Shown: positions 9,744 to 19,500 of the stretch, piece by piece
Position numbering within the stretch: the stretch's first letter is position 1
How the letters are laid out: every line of letters begins with the position of its first letter
Notes under the pieces: model-generated
Databases searched by the model: none
What the model was told of the DNA's origin: nothing
The model's input: the letters and a program-made list of their open reading frames with translations, nothing else
IMG/VR virus record: IMGVR_UViG_3300021431_000118
Span: 5,530 to 69,529 of that record
DNA length: 64,000 nucleotides
Reading direction: 5' to 3' (one strand)
Origin: a virus
Taxonomy: Duplodnaviria > Caudoviricetes
Program-made: the position numbers and the translations under genes

Positions 9744-10325
9744 ATGGCAGCAAAAACAACGGCAAGTACCAGAGCGGCAAAGCCCGCTCAGAAGAAAGAG
9801 GCAGCAGTGCAGGCAACCGTTGAGGCAGCGGCGCCGGCTGTTACGGCGCCGGGTAAGGAAGCGCCTGTAGTTCCGAAGGCGATCGACGTGCATATGACCG
9901 TGCCGGTGCGCAACGGATTCCAGGGAGTGCTGGTGTATGTGAGCCGGCGCAGCGGCGAGGAATTCACATGGAACAGGTTCGGCGACGAACAGGAGATGGA
10001 GCTGCAGGAGCTGAAGAACGCGAAGAGCGCCAGCAGAATGTTCTTCGAGAGGAACTGGTTCATGTTCGATGACGAGTACCAGTGGGTGCTCGACTGGCTC
10101 GGCGTGCAGAACTTCTACCGGAACGCACTGAAGGTGGATGAGTTTGACGAAGTGTTCAGTCTCTCGCCGGACGAGATCGTGGAGCGCGTCTCCGTACTCT
10201 CAGACGGGCAGAAGGCCTCGCTCGGCTATCGGGCGCGGCAGCTGATGGAGGACGGAACCATCGACTCGAGACGGGTTGTCGCAGCACTGGAAGACGCGCT
10301 CGGGGTACAGCTGGCTGAAAATTAA
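9744..10325 (+). CDS. Hypothetical head-associated protein
   Basis: SD AAAGGAG, Ala/Lys/Pro-rich N-terminus, position after MCP. Confidence 0.75.
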   Translation: MAAKTTASTRAAKPAQKKEAAVQATVEAAAPAVTAPGKEAPVVPKAIDVHMTVPVRNGFQGVLVYVSRRSGEEFTWNRFGDEQEMELQELKNAKSASRMFFERNWFMFDDEYQWVLDWLGVQNFYRNALKVDEFDEVFSLSPDEIVERVSVLSDGQKASLGYRARQLMEDGTIDSRRVVAALEDALGVQLAEN

Positions 10326-10337
10326 AGGAGGGTCGGC

Positions 10338-10787
10338 ATGAACCTCTCATACGACAGCTTTACTGCGGCGTTTCTCGCGAAGGTGTCTGAATACGATCTG
10401 CTGGAAATGTCGGATCTGAACAGGCAGGATGTGATCGACGGCTATCTGAAGGCGGCGGTCACGATGTTCAGAAAGAACTGCAAGTATGATCTCTTCACGA
10501 CACAGGACGATGTGGAACGCGAATTCACAGTCGATGTTGCAGAGGAGGATGTCGATGAGCTGGTCGACATCATCTCGGAAGGGATGGTGCTGCAGTGGAT
10601 GAAGCCGTTCCTCTACCGACAGGAGAATCTGGAGAATCTCCTGAATACGAGGGACTTCACCCTTTACTCCCCTGCCAACCTGCTGCTTCGAATCGGGGAA
10701 GCGCACAAGCAGGTCAAGAAAGACTATATTCAGATGATCCGTGAGTACAGCTACAACCACGGGGATTTGACGGTGCTGCATCAGTGA
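10338..10787 (+). CDS. Putative head-tail adaptor
   Basis: Helical 149-aa protein in the neck position. Confidence 0.55.
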   Translation: MNLSYDSFTAAFLAKVSEYDLLEMSDLNRQDVIDGYLKAAVTMFRKNCKYDLFTTQDDVEREFTVDVAEEDVDELVDIISEGMVLQWMKPFLYRQENLENLLNTRDFTLYSPANLLLRIGEAHKQVKKDYIQMIREYSYNHGDLTVLHQ

Positions 10788-11113
10788 CAGCTGAGGCGGG
10801 CGGCATGAGCCGCGAAGCACTGGAAACTTACTTCGGTAATCTCGTGAATCAACTGTTCAAGATTCTCCCGATGCGAGAAAACGAAGAAGAGACCCGCAGT
10901 ATCTATACGGAAAGTCTGATCCGGGAACTGATGGGATTCCAGGGACTGTTTGAGGCGGTGCGCAATGACGCGGGGCTGACGCAGATCCTGGCGATCCTGG
11001 AGTACCTGGCGGAGAATCCTGACTGCCGGGTCGCAACCGTCAAGCAGGAAGTGTTCCGGGCGATCTCCATCTGCAACAAACTGAAGGCCCGCTATACGGA
11101 GGGGTCGGAATGA
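10784..11113 (+). CDS. Hypothetical neck-region protein
   Basis: Coupled overlaps with both neighbours. Confidence 0.7.
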   Translation: MTAEAGGMSREALETYFGNLVNQLFKILPMRENEEETRSIYTESLIRELMGFQGLFEAVRNDAGLTQILAILEYLAENPDCRVATVKQEVFRAISICNKLKARYTEGSE

Positions 11114-11898
11114 ACGGATGGGATCTGTATGAAGAACGGATGCGGATCCGCGGCGTCACACGGCGCGACACCGCGCTGCAGAGAGAGCAGCGGAATCTGC
11201 ACCGGAAGCTGCCGCACTCCCTCTCCTACCACCACGCGGTGGTGGACGACAAGGAGCAGGACGTGGCAATCCTCAACTCGGACAACCTGGACACCAAAAT
11301 GATCTACTCCCTGCCGGGCGAAGATATCCGGTTCGGATGTTATGTGGAATGGATGGGACAGCACTGGCTGGTCACCGAGAAGGACTACAACACGGAAGTG
11401 TACACCAGGGCGAAGATGCGTCAGTGTAACTACCTGCTGCGGTGGATCGACGCGGAGCATGTCATCCATGAGCAGTGGTGTATCACAGAAGACGGCACGA
11501 AATATCTCACTGGCGAAATGGAGGATCGGAACTTCATCCTCACGCGAGGAGATTCGCGTATCGCCATCATCATCGGACGGAATGAGGAAACGGCAATCCT
11601 CGACCGTGTCGACAGGTTCCTGGTGGACGATCCGCTGAGCAGTCACATGCTGGCATACGCGCTGACAAAGCCATTGAAGCTGAACACCTACACAGATGCT
11701 GACGGCAGCATCAACGGCATACTCGGCTTTGTCCTGCAGGAAGTGAACACCACGGATGATGACAACCAGGAGCTGCGCATCGCAGACTATTACAAACACT
11801 TTCTCCACGAGAAGGACGAAAACGGGAACCCGATCCTGCGTCCTGCGGAGAACGTACCTTCCGCAATCGATATGCCGAGAAGGGAGAAGTGGATGTAA
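11110..11898 (+). CDS. Putative head-closure/stopper protein
   Basis: Beta-rich (IRFGCYVEWMGQHWLV), neck position. Confidence 0.55.
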   Translation: MNGWDLYEERMRIRGVTRRDTALQREQRNLHRKLPHSLSYHHAVVDDKEQDVAILNSDNLDTKMIYSLPGEDIRFGCYVEWMGQHWLVTEKDYNTEVYTRAKMRQCNYLLRWIDAEHVIHEQWCITEDGTKYLTGEMEDRNFILTRGDSRIAIIIGRNEETAILDRVDRFLVDDPLSSHMLAYALTKPLKLNTYTDADGSINGILGFVLQEVNTTDDDNQELRIADYYKHFLHEKDENGNPILRPAENVPSAIDMPRREKWM

Positions 11899-12429
11899 AT
11901 GTATCTGGAAGAATTTGTCGATTATAAGAACCAACTGGTAACGGATATGCTGAAGAATCCTGAGATTGTCCGGCTGATGTCGGACAAGTATGAGCAGAAC
12001 GTCCCGGAGGATCCGAAGACACTGTTCCGTACACAGATCTTCCCTTATGAGTTCCTACCGGAGACGGTGGAGCACGGACAGACTTTTATCTGCTTTGATG
12101 TGGATATCAGCCGTATGTCCGACAGGAGGGAGGCACCGTCCAACAAAATGGTTTACAGCCCGGTACTGTATATCTGGGTGTTTACCCATAAGAGCACGCT
12201 GTGGATCCCAGAGGTGGGTGTCCGGACAGACAGGCTCGCGATGGAGATCGAAAAGACCATCAACGGCAGCCACGACTACGGCATGGGAAGCCTGGAGCTG
12301 TACTCCGTCAAGCGCTTTGCGCCGATCACGGACTACCAGGGAAAGGTCATGACATTCGACGCGAAGGACTGGAACCATGTCAACCCGACAGGCAAGACAT
12401 GGCCTACCAACCGGAAGGCGGGAATATGA
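11899..12429 (+). CDS. Putative tail terminator/completion protein
   Basis: Position before the tail tube; R.DRLA.EIEK.ING-type helix. Confidence 0.5.
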   Translation: MYLEEFVDYKNQLVTDMLKNPEIVRLMSDKYEQNVPEDPKTLFRTQIFPYEFLPETVEHGQTFICFDVDISRMSDRREAPSNKMVYSPVLYIWVFTHKSTLWIPEVGVRTDRLAMEIEKTINGSHDYGMGSLELYSVKRFAPITDYQGKVMTFDAKDWNHVNPTGKTWPTNRKAGI

Positions 12430-13142
12430 CGGAGCCGAGTCTGCTGTATGCGAGCGAGATCCCGATCACACGGGATATCCACATCATGATCCCGACGGTC
12501 GGAGAAGTTCTGGAGGACGAAGATAATTATTATTCCCTGGTCACCATGCTGACGGCGATGCCGATGGACTTCATGGTACAGCTGGACGACATGGGGATCG
12601 ACTTCACGGAGATCGGAGAGTACGAGCTGTTCCTGATCCTGTTCAACAGCATCAGGATGATGGATACGCACCTGATTTTCGGAGATCTCGATCTCAGCGC
12701 ATTCGAGCTGGCGCACCACATTGAGACAGGCGCCCCGGTCATATATGACGAGGAGAACGACATCGTCTTCGACAAGGTGGTTCAGACAAAGATAGCGGAC
12801 GCGCTGCGGCGCCTCCATCATCTGGAAAAGAACAACAAGAAGCCCGGAAATAAAGAGGCTAAAGAATTTCTGCTGGAGAGAGCGAGGAAGAAGATGAAGC
12901 GCCAGAAGAAGCGCAGGCAGGCTTCCCAGCTCACCCAGCTCATCACAGCAATGGTCAACACAGAACAGTTCAAGTATGGATACGAGGGGACAAGAGAACT
13001 CTCGATCTATCAGTTTAACGAAAGTGTTCGACAGATACAGCATAAAGTCGATTACGACAACAGAATGCACGGGATCTACGCGGGAACGATAGATCCGAAG
13101 GGAATGAGTCAGGACGACCTGAACTGGCTTATCCACAAATAA
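12426..13142 (+). CDS. Hypothetical tail-module protein
   Basis: The ATG at 12426 overlaps the upstream stop (ATGA). The longer start at 12201 in the ORF track overlaps the previous gene. Confidence 0.75.
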   Translation: MTEPSLLYASEIPITRDIHIMIPTVGEVLEDEDNYYSLVTMLTAMPMDFMVQLDDMGIDFTEIGEYELFLILFNSIRMMDTHLIFGDLDLSAFELAHHIETGAPVIYDEENDIVFDKVVQTKIADALRRLHHLEKNNKKPGNKEAKEFLLERARKKMKRQKKRRQASQLTQLITAMVNTEQFKYGYEGTRELSIYQFNESVRQIQHKVDYDNRMHGIYAGTIDPKGMSQDDLNWLIHK

Positions 13143-13158
13143 CAAGGAGGAATTTATT

Positions 13159-13947
13159 ATGGTAGATATTGTCATCACCAGCCTTGAGACCATCAATGCT
13201 TTTGACATCACCACCGGCAGCTATCTTTTCACCCTCGATGAGCTGCAGTCCGCATCCATCGCCCAGGGTCAGGAGAAGGTCGACATCACCGGTAAGCAGG
13301 GTCGTAAGCTCAGCTCTCTGAAGCGGAACAAGACCATGACCATCTCCGGTTCCAACGGTATGCTCTCCTGCGGACTGGTCGAAATGCAGACCGGCTCCAA
13401 GTTTGAGAACAAGGAGACCGAAGTCATGTGGACCGACTTCCTGACGGTTGACGCGCAGCGTTCCGCCACCACCAACTATAAGGCCATCGGTACCCAGGGC
13501 GCCGAGATCGTGGAGCTCTATGTCCTCGAGACCGTCGGCACTATCCGTACCTCTCTGGAGCAGGATGCTACCGCAGCTGAGGGCAAGTTCGCCTACGATC
13601 CCACCACCAAGAAGCTGACCTTCGGCACCGACGTGGCTGCGGGCTCTCAGATTGCCGTGTACTACAAGAGAAAGATTGCCGCGGACGTTCTCTCCAACAA
13701 GAGCGACACCTACTCCGGCAAGTGCGAGCTCTATGTCGACGCCATCGGCGAAGACAAGTGCGCCAACCAGTATCATGTTCAGTTCCATATCCCCAAGGCC
13801 GACTTCAACGGCGAGTTCTCTCTGGACTTCGGCGACGACCAGAGCGTGCACAGCTTCGAGGCCGAGGGTCTCAGCGGCGCCTGCGGTGCGGGTTCCGTGT
13901 ACTGGGATATGATCGTCTTCGGTCAGAACGCGGAAGACGCGGCATAA
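13159..13947 (+). CDS. Major tail (tube) protein
   Basis: Strong SD AAGGAGG, MCP-like codon bias, Thr/Gly-rich beta protein (FHIPKADFNGEFSLDFG). Confidence 0.8.
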   Translation: MVDIVITSLETINAFDITTGSYLFTLDELQSASIAQGQEKVDITGKQGRKLSSLKRNKTMTISGSNGMLSCGLVEMQTGSKFENKETEVMWTDFLTVDAQRSATTNYKAIGTQGAEIVELYVLETVGTIRTSLEQDATAAEGKFAYDPTTKKLTFGTDVAAGSQIAVYYKRKIAADVLSNKSDTYSGKCELYVDAIGEDKCANQYHVQFHIPKADFNGEFSLDFGDDQSVHSFEAEGLSGACGAGSVYWDMIVFGQNAEDAA

Positions 13948-13965
13948 TCAGCCTGAACAAGACTT

Positions 13966-14238
13966 ATGGCTATCGGGAAAAAGGTATGCAAGGTGTGTGG
14001 CAGGGAGTATGAGGCCTGCCACACACTCCGTCCGAATCTGAACAGCGCGTTCCGCTGGCAGGATGTAGCCTGCTGTGAGGAGCACGGCGCGGAATATCTG
14101 CGCAGGATCATGATCTCCCGCGGGCAGCTGCAGGAGGATGCAAAGGTGGATGAGCCTGAACAGGCAGACTCTGCCGAGCAGCCGAAGGCAGCACCGAAAA
14201 AGCGCTCCGCCCGGAAGAAGACGGAACCAAAAGAATAA
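13966..14238 (+). CDS. Small putative zinc-binding protein
   Basis: CKVC...C..CC..H motif with a basic tail. Confidence 0.6.
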   Translation: MAIGKKVCKVCGREYEACHTLRPNLNSAFRWQDVACCEEHGAEYLRRIMISRGQLQEDAKVDEPEQADSAEQPKAAPKKRSARKKTEPKE

Positions 14239-14248
14239 TATAAAGAAG

Positions 14249-14285
14249 AAGGGAGGCAGCGAATGTTGTCTCCCTTTTCCTTTCT
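14249..14285 (+). terminator. Intrinsic terminator
   Basis: AAGGGAGGCAGC-GAAT-GTTGTCTCCCTT then pyrimidine run. Confidence 0.65.
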
Positions 14286-14300
14286 CCGGTGAGGTGCAGA

Positions 14301-14753
14301 ATGAGGACGATTAAACTGGTTATAGACGAGGACACGCTGCGGCGATATGAGCAGGAGTGTTACTTCGTCAAGCATCCGAAAGCGAAGAAGAGGCCGCTTG
14401 CACATCCGTACCACGAGAGCATCAACGTATGGATGATTATGAAGCGCCCGATGATGAACGCACTGAAACAGAAGTGGAAGGACTTCGGGGTATGGTTCAT
14501 CGAAGACCAAGGTTACGCTAACCTGCGCATTGAGAAATGCGAGATGATCTACACGGTATATTACCCGAACCATCGGCGTCACGATACCGACAACACAACT
14601 CCGAAATTCTTAAACGACGCATGGGTTGAGGCAGGATTTATCGTAGACGACGACTGCAGGCACCTGACGTCATTGACACTGCGATGCGACGTGGATGAGA
14701 AGCATCCGCGGACAGAAATACTGACTATTATATCTGATGAAGAAAAGGAGTAA
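14301..14753 (+). CDS. rusA: RusA-family Holliday junction resolvase
   Basis: RRHDTDN..PKFLNDA...GFIVDDD motif. Start set at ATG 14301 after GAGGTG. Confidence 0.8.
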   Translation: MRTIKLVIDEDTLRRYEQECYFVKHPKAKKRPLAHPYHESINVWMIMKRPMMNALKQKWKDFGVWFIEDQGYANLRIEKCEMIYTVYYPNHRRHDTDNTTPKFLNDAWVEAGFIVDDDCRHLTSLTLRCDVDEKHPRTEILTIISDEEKE

Positions 14754-14759
14754 AAGAAC

Positions 14760-15386
14760 ATGAGCGAAGAGAGAAAAATGATTTCCGTCAGCAAGATCGA
14801 TGAGATTATCAAGGAGCGCGACAATGCGTCCGACGAACTGGACTGGTACGGAGAGACGATCCTTGTCAACCGCAGGCTGAACCTTAGCGATATGCTGGAC
14901 TTTGTTGGCAGCGTGGTTGGAGGATGCTTTACCTCTGACGGACAGTATATGCCGGAGGCAAAGGAATTTGTCATACGGTGCGCTGTGTTGCAGTTCTTCG
15001 GGAACTTCCGCATGCCGGAGAACATCGAGAAGCGTTATGAGACAGTCTACAGCGATCCGGTATCCAGCGCATACGCAGATATCCTGAACGTTATCGATCG
15101 CGCACAGATGACAGATATCCGCAATGCCATTGATGCAAAGATCGAGTACATCGTCCACTCGAATATCGAAGTCGTAAACAGACAGCTGAACGTGCTGAGC
15201 GATGCCGTTGAAGAGCTCGGCAAATCTCTTGGAGGTGTCTTCGGCGACATGACGGAGGAGGACGCTAAAGCGCTGATACAGAACCTGACGCAGGGTGTGG
15301 ATGAGGGAAAGCTTATGGAAGCTTATATGACGATGAAGAAAGAGCCGAAGGCAGAGGAAGCTGAGGCACAGGACGATGGCGAGTAA
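14760..15386 (+). CDS. Putative tail assembly chaperone
   Basis: Acidic helical protein upstream of the TMP; positional. Confidence 0.5.
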   Translation: MSEERKMISVSKIDEIIKERDNASDELDWYGETILVNRRLNLSDMLDFVGSVVGGCFTSDGQYMPEAKEFVIRCAVLQFFGNFRMPENIEKRYETVYSDPVSSAYADILNVIDRAQMTDIRNAIDAKIEYIVHSNIEVVNRQLNVLSDAVEELGKSLGGVFGDMTEEDAKALIQNLTQGVDEGKLMEAYMTMKKEPKAEEAEAQDDGE

Positions 15387-15777
15387 CATCGAGCACAATG
15401 CGGCGGGCGTACTGTCCGCCGCAAAAGTAATTGCCGATACAGGCGATGCCACCAATCAGTACAGAAATATACAGTGGCATACATCGCGCGTTAAAGTCAG
15501 GCTGTTTATCCCGGCGGAAGAGTATATGGATATCGTGCACGGTGTCTTAGACGACTGTCTCACGGAGGACGGGACGATGGCATATGAGCTCGTGGATTTT
15601 TCTATCCGGCTCCATATCATCAACGCCTACGCACTTGTGGAGCTGCCGGAGGATTTTGAGCAGCTGTATGAAATCGCATATTATTCCGGGCTGTACGAAC
15701 AGATCTGTACTGTGGCGAACAAGGCACAGATCGAATCGATCTACAGCGCGGTTCAGAGATATATCGATACTATGTGA
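15376..15777 (+). CDS. Paralog of the upstream putative chaperone
   Basis: Aligns by eye to 14760-15386 (W....V...L...E..D.V..V...C.T.DG...E..F.IR). Confidence 0.55.
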   Translation: MASNIEHNAAGVLSAAKVIADTGDATNQYRNIQWHTSRVKVRLFIPAEEYMDIVHGVLDDCLTEDGTMAYELVDFSIRLHIINAYALVELPEDFEQLYEIAYYSGLYEQICTVANKAQIESIYSAVQRYIDTM

Positions 15778-15788
15778 GGTGATTTTGA

Positions 15789-16517
15789 ATGGGGCGTTTT
15801 GCCGATATCGCAGATGAAATATCCATGAATACAAAACAGCTCGTCGATGAGCTTCTCAAGGCGGTTAATGAGGAACTTGACGAAGCGGATAAAAACACAT
15901 ACACGGAATACGCTGCCATTGAATCCAAGAAAATCAAAGAAATCTTCGATAATGCGGTCACAGAATTCTATAACGATTATCCGAACCCAAAATATAAACG
16001 CCGTGGAGATCCAGGAAGTAAATCCGGCGGTCTTTATGATGTGTTTGACAGTAATTATGCCAAGGATGAGTACGGAATATTTGACGACGAGTCGGACCCC
16101 TGGTTTAACACTCTGTTTAATGGTGCTTCTCTCTTAGGAGATCCGGAGCGCGATTATGACGGAGAGCCGCTGTTCCAGAAGGTCTTCATGGAAGGATGGC
16201 ACGGCGGTGCAGAAAGTATCGCCAAGGGGAAGACGAGGATGTGGAGGCCGCACCCATCACCAGGTACGCCGTACTACAGAGCACGAGGTTTGGTACATTA
16301 TCCGAGAGGAATCGTGAAATGGCATAAGTATGGGAAGTGGGGATTAAAAGCAAAGAAGAGCGAAGCGCCGTACGAGACGTTCAAAAAGGCTTTTCGCACA
16401 GCGAACGATGGAGAGCTGGAACAGGAGTTCATAAGACTCGACGATAAGAACTTCGAGCTTGCGATGGAGAGATTTCAGCGCAGGCAGGAAGAAATAGAAG
16501 ATAGAATCTTCGGATGA
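15789..16517 (+). CDS. Hypothetical protein
   Basis: SD GAGGTGA, 242 aa, directly before the TMP. Confidence 0.75.
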   Translation: MGRFADIADEISMNTKQLVDELLKAVNEELDEADKNTYTEYAAIESKKIKEIFDNAVTEFYNDYPNPKYKRRGDPGSKSGGLYDVFDSNYAKDEYGIFDDESDPWFNTLFNGASLLGDPERDYDGEPLFQKVFMEGWHGGAESIAKGKTRMWRPHPSPGTPYYRARGLVHYPRGIVKWHKYGKWGLKAKKSEAPYETFKKAFRTANDGELEQEFIRLDDKNFELAMERFQRRQEEIEDRIFG

Positions 16518-16534
16518 GGAGGTGAGCAAACAGT

Positions 16535-19500
16535 ATGTCAAAGAAAGTGTCAAAAAGAGAAATTATTATTAATACCAATGAAAAAGAGGTAGAACGATTA
16601 AAGGCGGCGCTACTTGAGGCAGACAGGGTAGTTGATGAACTAAACGCTGATCTTGAGAAAACGAAAAACGAGAACGCCTCCCTTAACGACTATATTGGCA
16701 ACAAGGGATGGATAAATGATGTTATTGCTTTAAAAGCAGAATTAAGAAACTTTAAGCAAACGTCTCAGGTGGCGAAACAGGAGCTGCAATCGTTCCTTGA
16801 GACGGCAAATCTCGTAACAGGAGACGGTTCCGTTGACGTTAGATTCAAGGAGCTGTTCCAGAATCTTGAGAAGGGCGCCATGACAGTCGGGCAGGCAATG
16901 GCAAAGATCAAGACGGACTACGCACATCTGTTTCAAGAGAATTTTGGCAAAACGGGCGGAGTGTTCGATGTCAGGATCTTCCAGAACCTCGACGCCGCGC
17001 TGAAAAATGTCAGTGAGACGCTCACCGTAGTTCTGCAGAAGGTTGAGCAAATCCAGACAGAAGGTGTCAAAACTTCTGGCGGCGGAGGCGGCGGCGGAAG
17101 CGCGGTAAATATCGCGCAGATGTTCGATCAAATCCGCGCGTCGGCGGAGCAGATGTCGGAAACGGCGAATCATTCTTTAGATAATATATCCAACCTTGTA
17201 GGCGCGCTCGGAAAATATGCGACTCTTTCAGAAACAAAACTGCTGGCGGTATCACAGGCATTCCGGAACATGGCTGATCTCCACTCCGGGTCATTCTCTT
17301 CCGGCAGTGTTGATAACATCATCAAGCTTGCCAAAGGTCTCACAGAACTGTACAAGCCGTATGGCTCGAGTCTCAAGTTTGACTTTACAGGGCTGAAAGA
17401 CTTCAAAGTCAGCCCGACGATCAAGCATCTGAACGAATTCCTCAATCAGGTTACCGGCGATCAGATTGCCATGCTGGAGCGCATCGGGAAGGTCGATCTT
17501 GCAAACATCAGCACGATGAAGGGTGGGACGACATTCCAGCATCTCAATACACTGATGCAGAGCGTCAGCGGCGACGGCATCCAGAAACTCAAAGAGATCG
17601 GCACGATCAACCTGGATAATCTCGCAAATATCAAACTGTCAAAGGCAGTAGTGGATAATCTTCTGCGGCTATTTAATGAGACAGGCGGAGGCTCTGCGCT
17701 TTCCGGGCTAATTGACGCCGCAAAAGCGACAGAGGATTTCGGAAACAAATCCTCGAAAGCGGCGAAGCAGACGGATGAGCTCAGGCAGAAAATAACTGAG
17801 ATTACACATGTCGAGGAAGTTGCGGCGCAGGACATTGAACATGAAGCACTGGCTGTCGAGCAGATGTCAGAAAGGACAAGCAACGCGTCGACAGCACTGG
17901 TTGTCTATAACAGAGAGCTTAACAATGTCGCAGGTACTATTGCGGGGTCGCACCTCTTAGCCGACCTGATGGCAGCGGCGCAGGCGAGGCAGCAGCAGGC
18001 AGCGACGAACGCTGCGTATGCGCAGGAACTCTACAGGCTGGCGATGGAGCGGACTACGCTGAGTTCAAGCAATGCTTCAACGGCGCTGGTTGTATATAAC
18101 AGCGAACTAAATAATGTAGCCGGAACTATTGCAGGCGCTCACCTCTTAGCCGACCTGATGGCGGCAGCGCAGGCGAGGCAGCAGCAGGCCGCCATGAATG
18201 CGGCGGCTGCGCAGGAGCTATACAGGCTTGCGATGGAGCGGACGGTACAAACGCTGGAGGTCTACCGTCAGACAATGGGTTCTGCGATGGCGGCGTCAGG
18301 CACACCGGCATTGCCTGCCGGCACGGGGACACCAACCGGGACTATCATTGATGGAGAGTTCCGGGATATTGAAACCGACACGCAGGCAAAGAAAGAAAAC
18401 GCAGAAGCTACCAGAGAAGCCGCAGAAGCAACCAAACAGTTCCGGATGTCGAGAACGGGCATCAATCAGGAATTTGCAGATGCGATCCGTGATATGGAGA
18501 ATGCGGCGGCGGCGCAACGCGATCTGACAGATGCAGAGCGAGCAGGAGCTGCTGCGTTAGAGGAAGAAACTGCCTCTCAGCGGCAATACGATCAGGCAAT
18601 GGCGACTGTCGCGAATACACTCAAAAATGTTCAGAAAGAAAAGGACAGGCTTGCCAACACAAATGGCGGCACTCAGCGAGAAGAGTACAGAGAATTAGTC
18701 GAGCTTGAAAAAAAGCTTCAGAATCTTCGGGCAAACGGCGACAATATGCCATATGGCGCACTATTGGACCGTATTGCTGAATTAAAGCGCAGTCTGTCTG
18801 AAACACTTCAGACAATGAACCTGTTCACGATGGAGACTAAGAACAACGAAGCCGCAGCGAGAGCGGCTGCGCAGGCAGAGCGGGAACGCCAGCAGGCTCT
18901 GGAAAGCGACAGGAAGGCTTACGAACAGGCGCAGAAGACGCTTGTGCGCGTCACCGGTGAACTGGAAAAATGGACGAAAGCACAGAAGGATCCCGCAACA
19001 AAGCAGCATTATGAAAATATCCAGAGACTCAAGGGTGAGCTGGAAAGGCTGATCGCGAGCTACGATCCGAGCAAGCCGCAGAACTTTGCGCAGGCGCTTA
19101 AGGGCATTAACTCACAGCTTGTCACTCATGAGACAGCGATTAAGAAGTCAGGGAATGCGGTCAGGTCATACTTTAGCAATGGCATGTCCATGCTGAAGAG
19201 CAGACTGACATACACGTTAGGTCTTGCCAACATCGTCATGAAGACGGTGAATGAGATCAAGAAGATGATCTCCACCGCCGTGGAACTCGACAGCGCGATG
19301 AATACACTGCAGATTGTGACGCGCGCTTCCGGCGACGATATGGAGCAGTACGGCAAACGTGTTTCTGCAATGGCAAAGGAAACTGCGCAGGCAACAAAAG
19401 ATCTGATCGACGCGACAACTGTGTATGCGAGACTCGGCTACAGCATGGAGGACTCCGGCACGCTCGCAAAATATACCGCGATGCTGCAGGGTGTCGGCGG

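Noticed and set aside
15330-15390. Programmed -1 frameshift between the chaperone genes
   Set aside because: No slippery heptamer at the junction, and the downstream ORF has its own ATG
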